A DNA stretch of 64,000 nt, from assembly GCA_002633005.1 (NCBI GenBank), contig NMRA01000983.1, positions 15,194-79,193 of the forward strand, written 5' to 3'. The translations under genes were made by a program, and so were the position numbers. The notes beneath the pieces were generated by a model. It was not told where the DNA came from. It saw only the letters and a list, made by a program, of their open reading frames with translations, and made no database searches. The stretch comes from Phoronis australis (Eukaryota; Animalia; Phoronida). How positions within the stretch are numbered: position 1 is the stretch's first letter; each line of letters begins with the position of its first letter. Below, one piece after another: positions 39,560-52,021 of this stretch.

Positions 39560-40519
39560 ATGTATTCGTGAGTGCAAATGTTTTGAGAGGCCAGCAATGA
39601 ATAAGCCACTGAATTACCGGCTTCAGATGCAATAAAGGTAAATGACCGGGCACCGAGGCCGTGTGAGCGCATCCTAATTCAGTGTTTGCTGACAGAAAGC
39701 TGTTTTGAAACAACCACTCGATTTTATATGCTATGGTCACACGTAAGGGGAATCTTTATTTAGATATACATGTACAAATACATTCTTCACATAACTGTTA
39801 CTGCTCTATCTTTGACCTGACGGCCCCCGACACGTAAGTAGATTCTCATTTTCGTCGCTAATTCACCTAAATAATTGCATGCACATTGTTTCTTCGGCTC
39901 ACTATTATAGTCTTTTCCTGACTGGAGGTTTAATTTCCAAATTAAACTGGTGTAAGTTTGTGATATCCGGTCCCGGCGGCCGCGACTGGCCTGATCGGCT
40001 TTAGAGTCACTGGCGGGGAGTAACAAGCGTTTTGTGGGTTTAGAACTAAAAAAATCGCAAGTCTAAAAGTACAACACACAGGTATGTTCCCCCGTCTGTA
40101 TTTCACGGAAGAATGATTCGAATTTATCTCCAAACATACCCGACCTTCCGCGATCGACCATGGTAAATTGTCCTACCGAACTGTAGGCCACGGTACGTTC
40201 AAATACATGTACCTACTGTATAAACCCGTAACAGTGAACTAAAACAACACGTTTGTTCAATAACTCGATGTATTTGTAAGGGGTTTACATCGAATGCTGA
40301 GGATTTATTGCTGTATAACGATGAATTCAAGCGATAAGTTGACACCAGTAAGAGTGTTGTGATCGGCTGAACCGGTTACAACATTGGTTAATTTCAACTA
40401 CATGTACACCTCCGTCTGCCGTTAGGTGTCAGGTAAAACAACTGAACTTGCTGTTATCGAGTGGAACTACTCGATCTAAATTGATATAAAATAGGTTGTT
40501 TTTGGGTGGCGTTCTCCTT
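39560..40519. mobile_element. Partial second copy (right arm) of the 17446-19843 Kolobok
   Basis: Colinear with ~18910-19843 (e.g. tgaccgggcaccgaggccgtgtgagcgcat). Ends gggtggcgttctcct-tttaa. Confidence 0.8.
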
Positions 40520-40885
40520 TTAAGTTAAGGATCAAACTCTTGCGTCGGCGTACAGGGCAGTAAAATACAGCGCTACCTGTTGGACAGTTTCTTGTTTCGC
40601 GGATTCTTCAAGTCAATTGTTCTTCCTCCGCTGGCGAATGTGTATATTTCACAACAAATTATAGGAATTGGTTTCATTTTGTAACACGTTTATAGGATTT
40701 TACAGCAAAACAAATCTGACCAAATAATGCTTCAGTCGGCGAAGCTGTTTTCGTTAATTCCCTTTACTTTCACCTACATGGAACACGTAATGAGTTTTGT
40801 GAGTCGCTAAAATTCCCCTCTTTTCGTAAATTACGACATGCCTGTACTCCCGTCATTTTACACTGTTTTTGTAATTTATAAATAG

Positions 40886-40993
40886 TGGGTGGACCTTCAG
40901 CGAACTCTTATTTTATGCCCGCTGCCAGTGGAGTGATTACACCTAATGCCGAAAACCAGCTGACGGAAGAAAAACATGTCGAGCTCAAGCCAG
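40886..40993 (+). other. Candidate orphan coding exon (108 nt, phase 1-1)
   Basis: T-rich tract and aaatag| acceptor, open frame (V)GGPSANSYFMPAASGVITPNAENQLTEEKHVELKP(G), consensus donor CAG|gtgagt. No family recognised. Confidence 0.3.
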
Positions 40994-42629
40994 GTGAGTT
41001 TGGTGTTTTGACAATTGTTGGCAGCAAAACACAGGGAATCAGAATGGATTAAGAATTGGAAATTACAGTGCTTGGTTTTTTACCCGTAAACAACTGTATT
41101 AATGTGCTCTGAATCTTAGTTTTCTCAACGATTTATGTCGCTATGCTGAACCAATCGAAAATGTATCATGGTCAGGTTGAGTTCCGAAGGCTTAGGAAAA
41201 GACTGTAATTTTGTCAATTGACTGAACAAATATTTGAACTGTACAAAAAGCGTGCATGTAACGTTCACACGAGAAACGTATTTATTAAAAGACTTTAAAG
41301 CATCTACCGTTTGTTATAAAACAACTACAATACAGCAGATTACAACAACGACGGAAGTAGTAGACCTAAGTAGTACAATAGATTTTCAGTAAACAACTTG
41401 TATTCTTAATGCACAAGATCTGTGATCTAGCACAAATTTACTAGCCGCAAACTTATTCACTAGCAGTGTCAGATGGGTTGCAGGTCATTTTACAGTTAGC
41501 CCAGTCATTCTAGGGCTCCAGAGGGCCCAACCTAGAAAAAATTGCAACAGAAGGTTTTTTTGCATAAATGGCATCTTCAAACATCCCTTAGTGTCAGAAA
41601 AAAAAATCTACCGAAATCGGAGTGGCGGAAGTCGGTTTTTCAAGATGGCGGAAAAAATGGCCGACAAAACCGGTGTTTACTGTTTTCTGGCATATTACTC
41701 TTATGTAACAGCTAAAAATAAAACAATAAAGTTTGTCATTGATTATATACTTTTCATAACAGGCATACCAATTAAAAGATGCCAATTTTCCGTAAAATAA
41801 AACCAATATGGCCGACAAAATGGCGGCCGAAACGGCAATTTGGTACATGTTGCAAGATTTCTTTTTATATTTTGCCCTGAAAATGGCAAAAGTTTTATTC
41901 TTTTGTAAGTTAGACAATTGAAAATGTCTGGACCTTACAATTGGTCACTGGTTTGCGAGAAAAAAATCAAGATGGCTGACAAAATGGCCGCCAAAATGGC
42001 TGCCAATTCACAAACCCCAATTTACCGCATTTACGTTCTGCAAACTTTGTTTGTAACCTGATACGCATTTACACAAAAACATTTTACAATCTACAGTCAG
42101 GGTTAATGAGTTGATTGTTTCTATAATTTGTTTTTAAGATTTATATACTAAATGTGGAATTTTAATCACATTTTAGATTATATAACATAAAAGTCGGTGT
42201 GTTTTTCAGCAAAGGCTTTAGTTAAATTTTCATAATAGATTTTACAAACTCATATGTTTTTCTGTAAAATATATTCATTTGAGGTATCAAAAATAATATT
42301 TTTTAGAAAAATGTGTTATTCTGGTGGAGTTATTGGCTTATTCATTATACAAACCCTTAATAAAATTGGGCAGGAAGTGGCTTTTTTCTCTGTTGTTGGA
42401 GATATTATTAGTTGTTCCCAAGCATCGATTTCGTCTGCTGCTGGCATGTATTGAGAATTTGGCTGCTGATTTCACCTGAATTTGATGAAAAGCAAATAGG
42501 ATTGTGTAACAAAAAGTTATTAATTAAATTTTAATAGTTAGGACCCACAATTTGTTTAATATGCATGCTTTTTATAAACATAGGTAACTGATTTTAGAGC
42601 AAATTAGTGCCTGCAAACAAAACGACAGT

Positions 42630-43633
42630 GATCTGCAGTCACTTGTTCTTAGCCAGGCTTGGAAGATTTCATACTGAGATGAGCATTCTGGAATGTATTG
42701 GATACGTAATGTCAAGCACAGGGCTTCAAGGAGTTCTTGAGACGGTGTATGCATCAAACAGTGTGATCCTTATGTTAAATGGAAAAAGTGTGGATAGAGC
42801 AGTGAGGGGGCATATGTTGGTAGACTCAGCACTGAATGCTATCATAAAAGCCAGAACATTCAACATCCCACTTCCAAATATAGACAGATCAAGTAACACC
42901 AATCCAAAACCAATGAAGAAAGAAATTCAGGTTCTTCAGAAATTCCAGGAGTCCGGAATGTCACCAACACAGAATACACAGATTACATGCCCAGAGCAGT
43001 TCAATGCTTGTATACAAATTTTGGCTGTCAGAAGATGGAGACAGATTTTTCAGACATCTCAGACATCCCAACTGATCACATAACTAGATGTATACTATGG
43101 GGCATGCCATGCCCAGCCAGTGTCTTCCGATTCTGAACCTTGGATTATAATGGAATGCCCTCACGAGAGTTCACTTACTACCACTGGTGTATTCAAACAC
43201 GACTGAATCAGAGTATAGGTGTTCAGAATTCACAGTGACAGAGAATAGTTCGTCAGAAGATTCAATGTCCAATGATATTCTTCATGATGATTTGAGAGCT
43301 GGTCTGAAGCAGTATGATGATCTTATTGCTGGCATGACGTCTGTGTGCGACGATGTTTGCTCGACGGAGTGTCTTGTGGGTGTCCATAAAAAAACAAAGC
43401 ACATAAATCAGATTTGTCCATGCGAAGTCAAGTCACTAGTCTTTGACTACAGTATATGAAGATGATTGACATCCTTCGACTTTTTTAAAAGCAGAAATAA
43501 CGTCTGATTGGGAGCTTCACCTAAAAGCAGTTTCTGAAATGCTGCCTAACTTTGCACCTGCTGGTCACAACTCTTATGCAAAATCTTCATATATATACTT
43601 GACTGAAGCAGACGTAGCAACTCAAAGACACCC
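42630..43633 (+). pseudogene. Academ transposase fragment
   Basis: LARLGRFHTEMSILECIGYVMSSTGLQGVLETVYASNSVILMLNGKSVDRAVRGHMLVDSALN; then YMKMIDILRLF.KAE...WELHLKAVSEMLPNFAPAGHNSYAKSSYIYL. Frameshifted. Confidence 0.8.
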
Positions 43634-43634
43634 N

Positions 43635-43888
43635 CCCTATAAAATGAGCCAACTGCCTTTTAGATATGTTAAATACATGTACTTTTGTGCAACATATCTT
43701 AACAGAAACAATGAGTTCTATCCCATAATTCAACATTCCAAGGTGGCCCACCAATCACGTCAAATGTGCGGTCACCCTTTCATTGGGGTATGGACACCAA
43801 ACATAGTCCCGAAAACACTTAAAGTCCCTATAAAATGAGCCAACTGCCTTTTAGATATGTTAAATACATGTACTTTTGTGCAACATAA
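43635..43888. repeat. ~63-bp direct repeat pair next to a contig junction
   Basis: ccctataaaatgagccaactgccttttagatatgttaaatacatgtacttttgtgcaacata at 43635 and ~43826. Confidence 0.85.
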
Positions 43889-45407
43889 CTTTGTTTCGTT
43901 TTATTCCACACAACCAGTAACTAATTACTACGCATTTTGTGCCCCCCATATTATGTGCCCCCATCAGAAACCCCTTTTATTCTCTGGATGAATCACAGTA
44001 GACTGGCCTATTGACATCATCGTTGAGAACGAGCAACACATTACCGCGCTAACCACAACCTGTAGTGAGCACCTGATCGGCTGCTGGGACAGTAAAAAAC
44101 AAAGCAGTTTTGCTCAAGGAACGTCACCAATTAGAAACATCGCCGATGTTAGGCATCAATGTCGACTGATAATGCAATATTACTTAGCAAAACAATGGTG
44201 TCAGGCAAAGCACCCTTCGAACCGAACAGCGGCGTAAATCTCGGATAGGGTCTGCCATCGATTCACTCACGACCCACGACGAACCAATTTTCGAAGTATT
44301 TGCACCCACGTAAAAGGTCCTACAACCGCTACGTTTCGTACTGAATCTGACAACGGCAAACTTACCGAACTCTGTGGTGGAAAAAATACTTATTTTTCAC
44401 GTAAGATGTCTTGATTATCCACTAACAATATCCTCGGCAATAAATCACCGCGACATGGTCGGTACCATTTTATGCGATCGTGGCTCAGAAATGTCGTCAA
44501 TTAACGGTGTGGGTGAATGTAGCCTACGTCTCTTTTTTATCGCAAAAACAAACGTAAAGATGACAACCCTTGGCTGTTACTTGCCAAACGACGGTCACAA
44601 CTTGTCTTGCATCAGAATGAAAGTAAGTCGACAACAAATTCTCAAGCCCTATTTTCTGGGACAGCACGCGCGACATATATATGAGTCATCTGTCACTCAC
44701 GTGTTGCAGCCAATGTATCACGTACTCCAGCGGTGAGAACGTAGAGGTGCACACCTCCCAAGTCGCACATCAAAAGAGTACGGCGGCCGTTCTAAATAAA
44801 ATATTGCACTGGCTTGGATCGATTAAGTGCTTGGGTGTTGCATATACTCGAATGCACGTGACCATAAGATGAGCGCTGATTCAACTTGAATTTTGTGGCA
44901 CATTCTTTGAAATCTAACATCGGCCAGGAAAGGATGCACTTATAAACCCCGCACGTGAACGTCAGACAATACGGCTTTGGGTACACTTTGGAGGCACGCA
45001 CTGCCGGAAAAAAGTGTGCAGTCAGCATGTCGATGGGTTGTGCTATGACGGGAACGGCGTATTTCCCCGACTTCAAAGTATGAAATGCCTTGTGCAATTG
45101 GTCTTTCAAATCGAACACTAGTTTAAATATGACAACCTATTCGCTGCGCTAACTTTGTCCTTTGTGCTCAATATTTTGTTTCCACCTCAATCGCACTTAG
45201 ATTTTCCTGCAGGTCTCACTANATGCGTGTACCGGAGAATTAAATTTGTTTGTAGTCGCTCCGTGATAATTACGGGATTATGTCGGGGAGTAAGTCGGCA
45301 TTACACATCTTAACGAAGCGAAAAGCTCACTCGCAGCACGATGAAAAAGAATGACCCGAGACTTTTCGCACTTGGGTTAGAAAAGTAAAGGCCTAATACC
45401 TTGCAAT

Positions 45408-45575
45408 GGACGGACGTTCTATGAAAAGTACTGCGAAATGGAAGATTAAGAAAATGTAGGAACAACGTTTGGATGGATTAGCGCCGTGTATGTTCAAGCC
45501 AGAGGAATACGAGTAAAGTGAAACAGAAGGGGAAACTCACCGGCCAATTGTCACGGAACTCGCTACGGACCGTCA
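45408..45575 (+). pseudogene. Second KolX-like N-terminal remnant (paralogous to 48000-48290)
   Basis: The sequence matches the reverse complement of ~48025-48260 (gcgaaatggaagattaa.aaaatgtag.aacaac.tttggatggattag...gaaggggaaactc). Confidence 0.5.
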
Positions 45576-45599
45576 TTTGAAGACAAAGGCATTTTACAC

Positions 45600-46612
45600 A
45601 AGGTTACTGATGGTTACTGAGATGGACCATCAACTAAAGATGTCTTTCATGTTCGAAGACTGGGTGGGGTGGTTGGAACTGAAGTTCACTTCAATGGTGA
45701 CATGGTGATCAAGTAAAAAAGGGACATTTTTTTGCAAAAAGCAAAAACAAACGATTCACTCACTTCTTGTCAAGTTTGCTAGGAAATGCTGGTTGCATAG
45801 TGGTACAAGCTCAAGGTGACACAGATGTTTTAATTGTAGAAACAGCAGTAGAGAACGCAGCACAAGGTCCAACTACCCTTATTGCAGACGATACAGACTT
45901 GTTGGTTCTTTTGCGTTACCATGCTACTTCACAACAAATTTCATGTTCATGAAATTTGACAAGAGATACCAAAGCAAGAGGAGAGTCCGGGACATTAAGG
46001 AACTACAGTTCTCTTTTGGTACCGAAACTTGCGCAGTTTTGCCATTTGCGCATGCAATAGGTGGTTGCAACACAACATTACAGCTGTTCGGTATTAGCAA
46101 AGGCTCTCCATTCAAGAAACTGCGTGATCGAGAATTCTGCAAAAACTCTAAGAGTATTCACTAGACACATGCAGCTGAATCAAGGCATTTGAAGCTGTCA
46201 AGAGTTGTATCTGTTCTTCATGGCGGTACTGGCTCTGGAAATTTGGATGATTTGCGATACAGGCAGTTTGTGGATAAGGTGTCGGACTTGCCACAGCCCA
46301 AATACAGTCATTATCACCACCTTTCTTCAGTTGCTAAATTCCATGCTGCTGGGACATATTATCATGAGTAAGAGCGGTCAAGTTTCCGTGGCAGTGGCCT
46401 AGACTCGCTGTATTGGGGATGGATGCTGGCAGGTGGAAAATTCATTCCCACGACGACGGACCATTCAGCAGCACCAGAGAACCTGCTGAAAGTAGTGAGA
46501 TGCTCGTGTAAGACCAACTGCAGTTTCAAGAGATGTACTTGCAAGAAGTTAGGATAGGTGTACTCGGTTGCGTGTGGAGAATGCCGTTGTTTTAGCTGCA
46601 GCAATTCATTCT
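45600..46612 (+). pseudogene. Academ C-terminal XPG/PIN-like nuclease and Cys-rich (CXC-like) region
   Basis: DGY..GPSTKD; QAQGDTDVLIV...IADDTDLLVLL; FAHAIGGCNTT..LFGISK; WGW; APENLLKVVRCSCKTNCSFKRCTCKKLG...ACGEC. Multiple stops and frameshifts. Confidence 0.82.
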
Positions 46613-47999
46613 GAGTTGACAGAGATTAGTTGTGTAAATACTGGTTGATTGTGTATAGATTCACTAGCATTTACAACTAACTGGAAGTGACACAGACAGT
46701 GTGGATAGTAGATCACTGAATTAATTGCAGAGAGTTATTTTCAATACAGCACATTTTTTCAGGAGGAGAATGATCCTTCAGTTCAGGCAAACCTGATGTT
46801 TTTGACCCAAATAAGTTATTCATTAAACCATTTTGAAAATGGTAGTCGTAATCATCAAGAGCCAGACAAAAAAATATTGTAATGGATGTGCTGACTTAAA
46901 AAACTCAGGATATGGTGTTTCTGGAATCTGAAGTTCTTACACGAAGCAACTATTTGGTGGCCATCTTAGAAAATGGTGGAAGTAATCAGAGTCAAACGCA
47001 ACGAGTCTAAATGCATTAGTCGACCCAGAAAACATATGATACTTGAAGCAAGACGATACACTAATCTGTTTGTGCGAAGTTGTGCGATTCGAAATAGTTT
47101 TGAAGGCCATCTTGGAAAATGGCTGATGGTGTCACCACGGCCATGCAAAACTTTTCCAATGGATTTGTTGACCCAAAAAAGATAGGTAAACATTTTGAAG
47201 TTTTACTCTATCACATTCCACTCTCGAGTTATAATGATCATCTGCAAATCTGGCGGCCATTTTGTCCGCCATCTTGGAAATGGTGGAAGTAATCATTAGT
47301 GCCAAATGCAATGAGTCTCAATAGATTAGTAAACCCAGAAAACCTATGATGCGATGTTTGAAGCAAGACGACACACTAATCTGTTCGTGTGAAGTTGTGC
47401 GACTCAAGTAGATTTGGCGGCCATCTTGGAAAATGGCGGACGGTGTCACCACAGCCATGTAAAACAATTTCCAATGGATTTTTTGACCCACAAAACATAG
47501 GTAAACCTTTTTAAATTTTTACTCTATCACATTCCACTCTTGAGTTATAGTGCGTATCAGAAAATCTGGCGGCCATTTTGTCCGCCATCTTGAAAAACCA
47601 ACTTCCGCCACTCCGATTCCGGTAGACTTTTTTTCCCAATAAGGGGTGTGAAAGGATACGATTTATGCAATAAAACCTTCTGTTGCAATTTTCCGGGTTA
47701 TCCGTAGAATGACTGGACTATATTGCAGTCGGCTGGTGTATTGACACCATTACCACACTAACCACAGCCTGAACAACTGATTGTGTAACAGCGTATGCTC
47801 ATAAACTTATATTTTTCTTCGTCAAAATTATAGGGAAACCAAGAAAGAATTCTGCTGGAAATAAAACACTGAATCATTTGGAATTCCACTGGGAAATTTT
47901 GCTTCATAATTTCCCAAATTTTCGACTGGAAGAAATAACGTTGGCTTAATCTGAATTCTACAGTAGTAGCAATTTCGTTGATTGATTATACATTTTACT

Positions 48000-48285
48000 C
48001 GCCAACAACGAACATCGCCTCTGAGACGGTCTGTAGCGTGTTCCATGACAGTTGGTAGAGTTTCCCCTTCATATTCACTTTAATCAGATTCCTGTGGTTC
48101 GAACATATACTGCACTAATCCATCCAAAAGTTGTTTCTACATTTTGTTAATCTTCCATTTCGCCGTTCATTTCATTGAACTCCTCCGTCTCTACAGAGTC
48201 TTCAAATACGCTGTTACTGTCGCTTCTGCTTTCGCTGTCGTAGTTAGAACGTCCGTCTTTAATTACGCCCCTACATAGTCCCATA
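48000..48285 (-). pseudogene. KolX-like N-terminal remnant (another Kolobok family)
   Basis: Acidic N-terminus, then QYMFEPQESD*SEYEGETLPTVMEHATDRLRGDVRCW followed by a donor-like gcgagt. This fits the KolX 'Y-x-FEP ... RL ... W|CxC' pattern. Confidence 0.5.
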
Positions 48286-50029
48286 ATTGTCACGGAGCGG
48301 CTATAGACAGATTAGTTCCTTGGTATACTCACTCCGCCAAAATGTCGCCGTGGTACGACGAATCTCCATTGACTGCCAACATGTCTCGCACCACACGCAG
48401 GGACTCTGTACTTAATTGGTTCACCAGACCCCGGTGTGCGCTACTGACTTCGAAGACGCCACAGCGATTCCGTAGAATATTCTATGCAAGGGGAACTGTC
48501 GAGATCTGGGCCGCTGTATTTTATTAAACAATTTGTTGTCTCTAATAGTCATAATTTGGAAAATGTAAGATTTAAAATCTACAGCCGTAACCGTATGGTA
48601 AGTTTTTTTTTGTTACAAAGGACTGTCCGTCTCGCTTCACAGAGATGATGTCAATTGCGTCGATTAGTATGAGCGCCACCTAAATTTTTTTCGGCGCTAA
48701 GTGGGGTTCGTGATGGGGCCGTGTGATAGTAATTAGCGTAATCAGTTAATGTCAGGAGTAAACGAAGAGATGAGACACTTGTGTTGACCAATAATACATT
48801 TATTTAACATGTTCCAAAGTTTGGCCAATTTACACCGTCTTTAAGCGTTAGTGTTCCCATCAGCTTCGGAGTTGAGCGAGCTTATCGCAAGGCGGCACTA
48901 ATATGACCTTTGGTTATGTGCCTTGCTGTTTTTGTCAATCGGCTTGCTATCAAATGGCAAGGACTTTCCCTCTCCCCTAATGGAAACTAGAACGTCAACT
49001 TTACAAGGCAGGCAAAGGTTGCCACGCTGGGACGATGACGATGTACTAGAAAATGACTCTTGAGCAGGATAACAGCTGATCCAAACAAAGGCGGTATGGC
49101 GTGGCGGGAACTCGTTTTGCACACACTTTACTTTCAGTGATTTTTTAATGTAAAGAATCCAGCAAATACATGGATAAATTGAAACAGAATGGTTATTCCG
49201 CCAAGATCATAATTATTAGAACAAAATGTTAACAATCAGTTTCCAGTCGCCGCCGCTGTTGGCAAACGCAGGCAGTGACCCCTGCCGATAACTCCAATGG
49301 CAGCGAAGTTGAGTGTTCCGTCTGTAGCGAAGCGTCAACGCTTTGCTGTTAAATCCACCTCTTTACTTCAGAGTTAACTTGTGCTGTTGACTTCGATTCA
49401 AGACCGACGTTAAGTGTTCCCATTGAACGAAGCATTGGCAACTCCGAAGCTTCGGAGCACCACCTGGTGTTTTTCGTTTTTTTTTTTCACGAACAGAATT
49501 TCGTTTTTTTTCACGAACAGATCTCTGTTGAATCTTTATCCTAAAAGCGTTACATGCGCTCCAAACACGCCACCAAAAAGCACCTTTGCACACCCCGAGG
49601 GCCTCACTAGAGAGGCCCCTCAGACCCACTTCTATAGCGCCACTGAAAATAAATCTATGGAAAGGCATTTGTCGGAAAAGGATTTCACATTCACATTTAG
49701 CAAAATGTAGGTTTTGAGCCATCCATGAATTTCATAATTTCCCAGGTACTAAGTATATAGGTAAATATTCAGTCTAGCAAACAGGCCTTGCTATCAACTT
49801 TATTCGCACTTTGGTTACAAAATTGACACCGTCTCAGGTTGCTCAATGTCCGCACGATACATGGAGAGATATAAACCTCTGAAGCCATTTTGAACGACGC
49901 AACTTTTTTAAAAGTTGTGTCGTACTTTAAATAGTACAAAGAACGCCATAAGTTATACAGTGACCAAGTTGTGTGGAGGCGTTCGTGGGTCCTCGTTCTT
50001 GTGCGGGCACGCCTCAATCTTGTTGTAGC

Positions 50030-50182
50030 CAGTGCTGTAGTGGTAAAATAGGTAACTAGGCGCCCAAAGCCCACCGTATCCCCTTGAGCATTGAACGTAA
50101 CTTACGGTGCGTAGGCGCTACGTTCAAATCCCAAAAGGTGGTTGGCTGCGCCTACGTGCGCCTACGCCCCACTACAGCACTG
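50030..50182. mobile_element. 153-bp MITE with perfect 14-bp TIRs
   Basis: CAGTGCTGTAGTGG ... CCACTACAGCACTG, flanked on both sides by tagc. Confidence 0.8.
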
Positions 50183-50662
50183 TAGCTTACTTTTAACCCA
50201 TTACTGAATTCGTTGAGGTAGTTCAGAATGTCACCTTGTAGAACGTGTCCTACATGCACTTATTTGAATGCTAATGTAGGGGCTCGTGAATTACCTGGAG
50301 GCTTCATGCAGCCCTGTAGGGTATGTTTTACAGGGAGGGGGGACATTCTTTAATTTCACATTGGCACTGAGCCCATAAGATCTGAACCATTTGAGATTTT
50401 TGCTGACATTGATTGGTTTGCGGCTCCTGTAGTTATGGGGCCAGGCAAGTGCCCTAATGGTCCCTATGATAAAGACGGTGCTGGACTTAATACCTTTTTG
50501 ATGTCCTACCTGTCAATTTAAATTAATAGTCTTGGTCCTAAGTCAATAAAACAATGCATTTTGTCATTTTAAATGTGAATACATTTTGAGACACTCTGTA
50601 GTACAGTCCGAGTTTCGTCGATATCTTTGAGAGTCATTTCAGATTGGCAAAAATCGTTTAGT

Positions 50663-50737
50663 GTACTTTGTTGTATGGGATTGGATGTTAGAATACTTTG
50701 TTGTATGGGGATTGGATGATAGGGTACTTTGTTGTAT
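50663..50737. repeat. ~30-bp tandem repeat (2.4 copies) truncated by the Academ end
   Basis: tactttgttgtat occurs three times. The third copy is directly followed by the Academ TAG terminus. Confidence 0.8.
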
Positions 50738-52021
50738 TAGTCCAGTCATTATACGGATGACCCGGAAAAAATTGCAACAGAAGGTTTTATTGCATAAATC
50801 GTATTCTCTCACACCCCGTATTGTGAGAAAAAAGTCTACCGGAATCGGAGTGGCGGAAGTTGGTTTTTTAAGATGGCAGACAAAATAGCCGCCAGCATTG
50901 CAGATGACCATTATAACTCGAGAGAGGTTTACCTATCTTTCATGGGTCAAAAAATCCATTGGAAATAGTTTTGCATGGTTGTGGTGACACCATCCACCAT
51001 TTTCCAAGATGGCCGCCAAAAGTACTTTGCACGAACAGATTAGTGTGTCCTCTTGCTTCAAACATTTCATCATAGGTTTTCTGGGTCGACTGATCCATTG
51101 AGACTCATTGCATTTGGCTCTAATGATTACTTCCACCATTTCCAAGATGGCGGACAAAATGGCCGCCAGATTTGCAGATGACCATTATAACACAAGAATA
51201 GAATGTGATAGAGTAAAAATTCAAAAAGGTTTACCTATCTTTTGTGGGTCAACAAATTCATTGGAAATAGTTTTGCATTTCATCATAGGTTTTCTGGGTC
51301 GACTAATCTATTGAGACTCATTGCATTTGGCTCTAATGATTACTTCCACCATTTTCTAAGATGGCCACCAAATAGTTGCTTCGTGTAAGAACTTCAGATT
51401 CCAGAGACACACCATCTTCACAGATTTCATATCATGAGTTTTTTAGGTCAACACGACCATTACAATAATTTTTGTCTGGCTCTGATGATTACGACTTCCG
51501 ATAGTTTAACGAATAATAACTTATTTGGGTGAACAACATCAGGTTCGCATGGACTGAAGGATCATTCTCCTCCTGAAAAATGTGCTGTATCGAAAATAAC
51601 TTTCTGCGATTAATCTAGTCATCTAGTATCCACACCGTCTGTGTCACTTTCAGTTAGTTGTTAATGCTAGTGAATACAGGAGAGTGAGACAGGAGAAAGG
51701 TTTAGCAAGGTATGTTTAGCAAGTTAAACAGTTTATAATGTAAGTGCTTGCACAGCTCCCACTAGGCTTCTCTTTAGTGATGTTACAAGTCTGTCTGAAG
51801 CAGCCATTCTCAGTCTGTGATCAAAATCTGTACACAATCAACCAGTATTTACACAACTAATCTCTGTCAACTGAGAATGAATTTTTGCAGCTTAAACCAC
51901 GGCATTCTCCACATGCAACCGAGCACGGCAATCCTAACTTCTTGCAAGAACGTCTCTTGGAACTGCAGTTGGTCTTACACGAGCATCTTACTACTTTCAG
52001 CAGGTTTTCTCTGGTGCTGCT
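50738..52021 (-). mobile_element. Second Academ copy, 3' arm only, interrupted by a BEL LTR
   Basis: TAGTCCAGTCATT terminus. It is the reverse complement of ~46465-47720, including ENLLKVVRCSCKTNCSSKRRSCKKLGLPCSVACGECRGLSCKN. It carries a ~145-bp insertion at ~51677-51824. Confidence 0.88.

Larger units (their letters stand above)
41497..47720 (+). mobile_element. Academ DNA transposon (defective; possibly a chimeric assembly of two copies)
   Basis: TAG...CTA termini with long TIRs (tag.ccagtcatt...aaaattgcaacagaaggtttt...ggagtggcggaagt...caagatggcgg) and Academ coding remnants inside. Single-N junctions at 43634 and 45222. The flanks do not form a TSD. Confidence 0.8.

Noticed and set aside
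45760-46610. Host XPG/FEN1 nuclease or tesmin gene
   Set aside because: Frameshifted and embedded within Academ TIRs. These domains are normal Academ parts.
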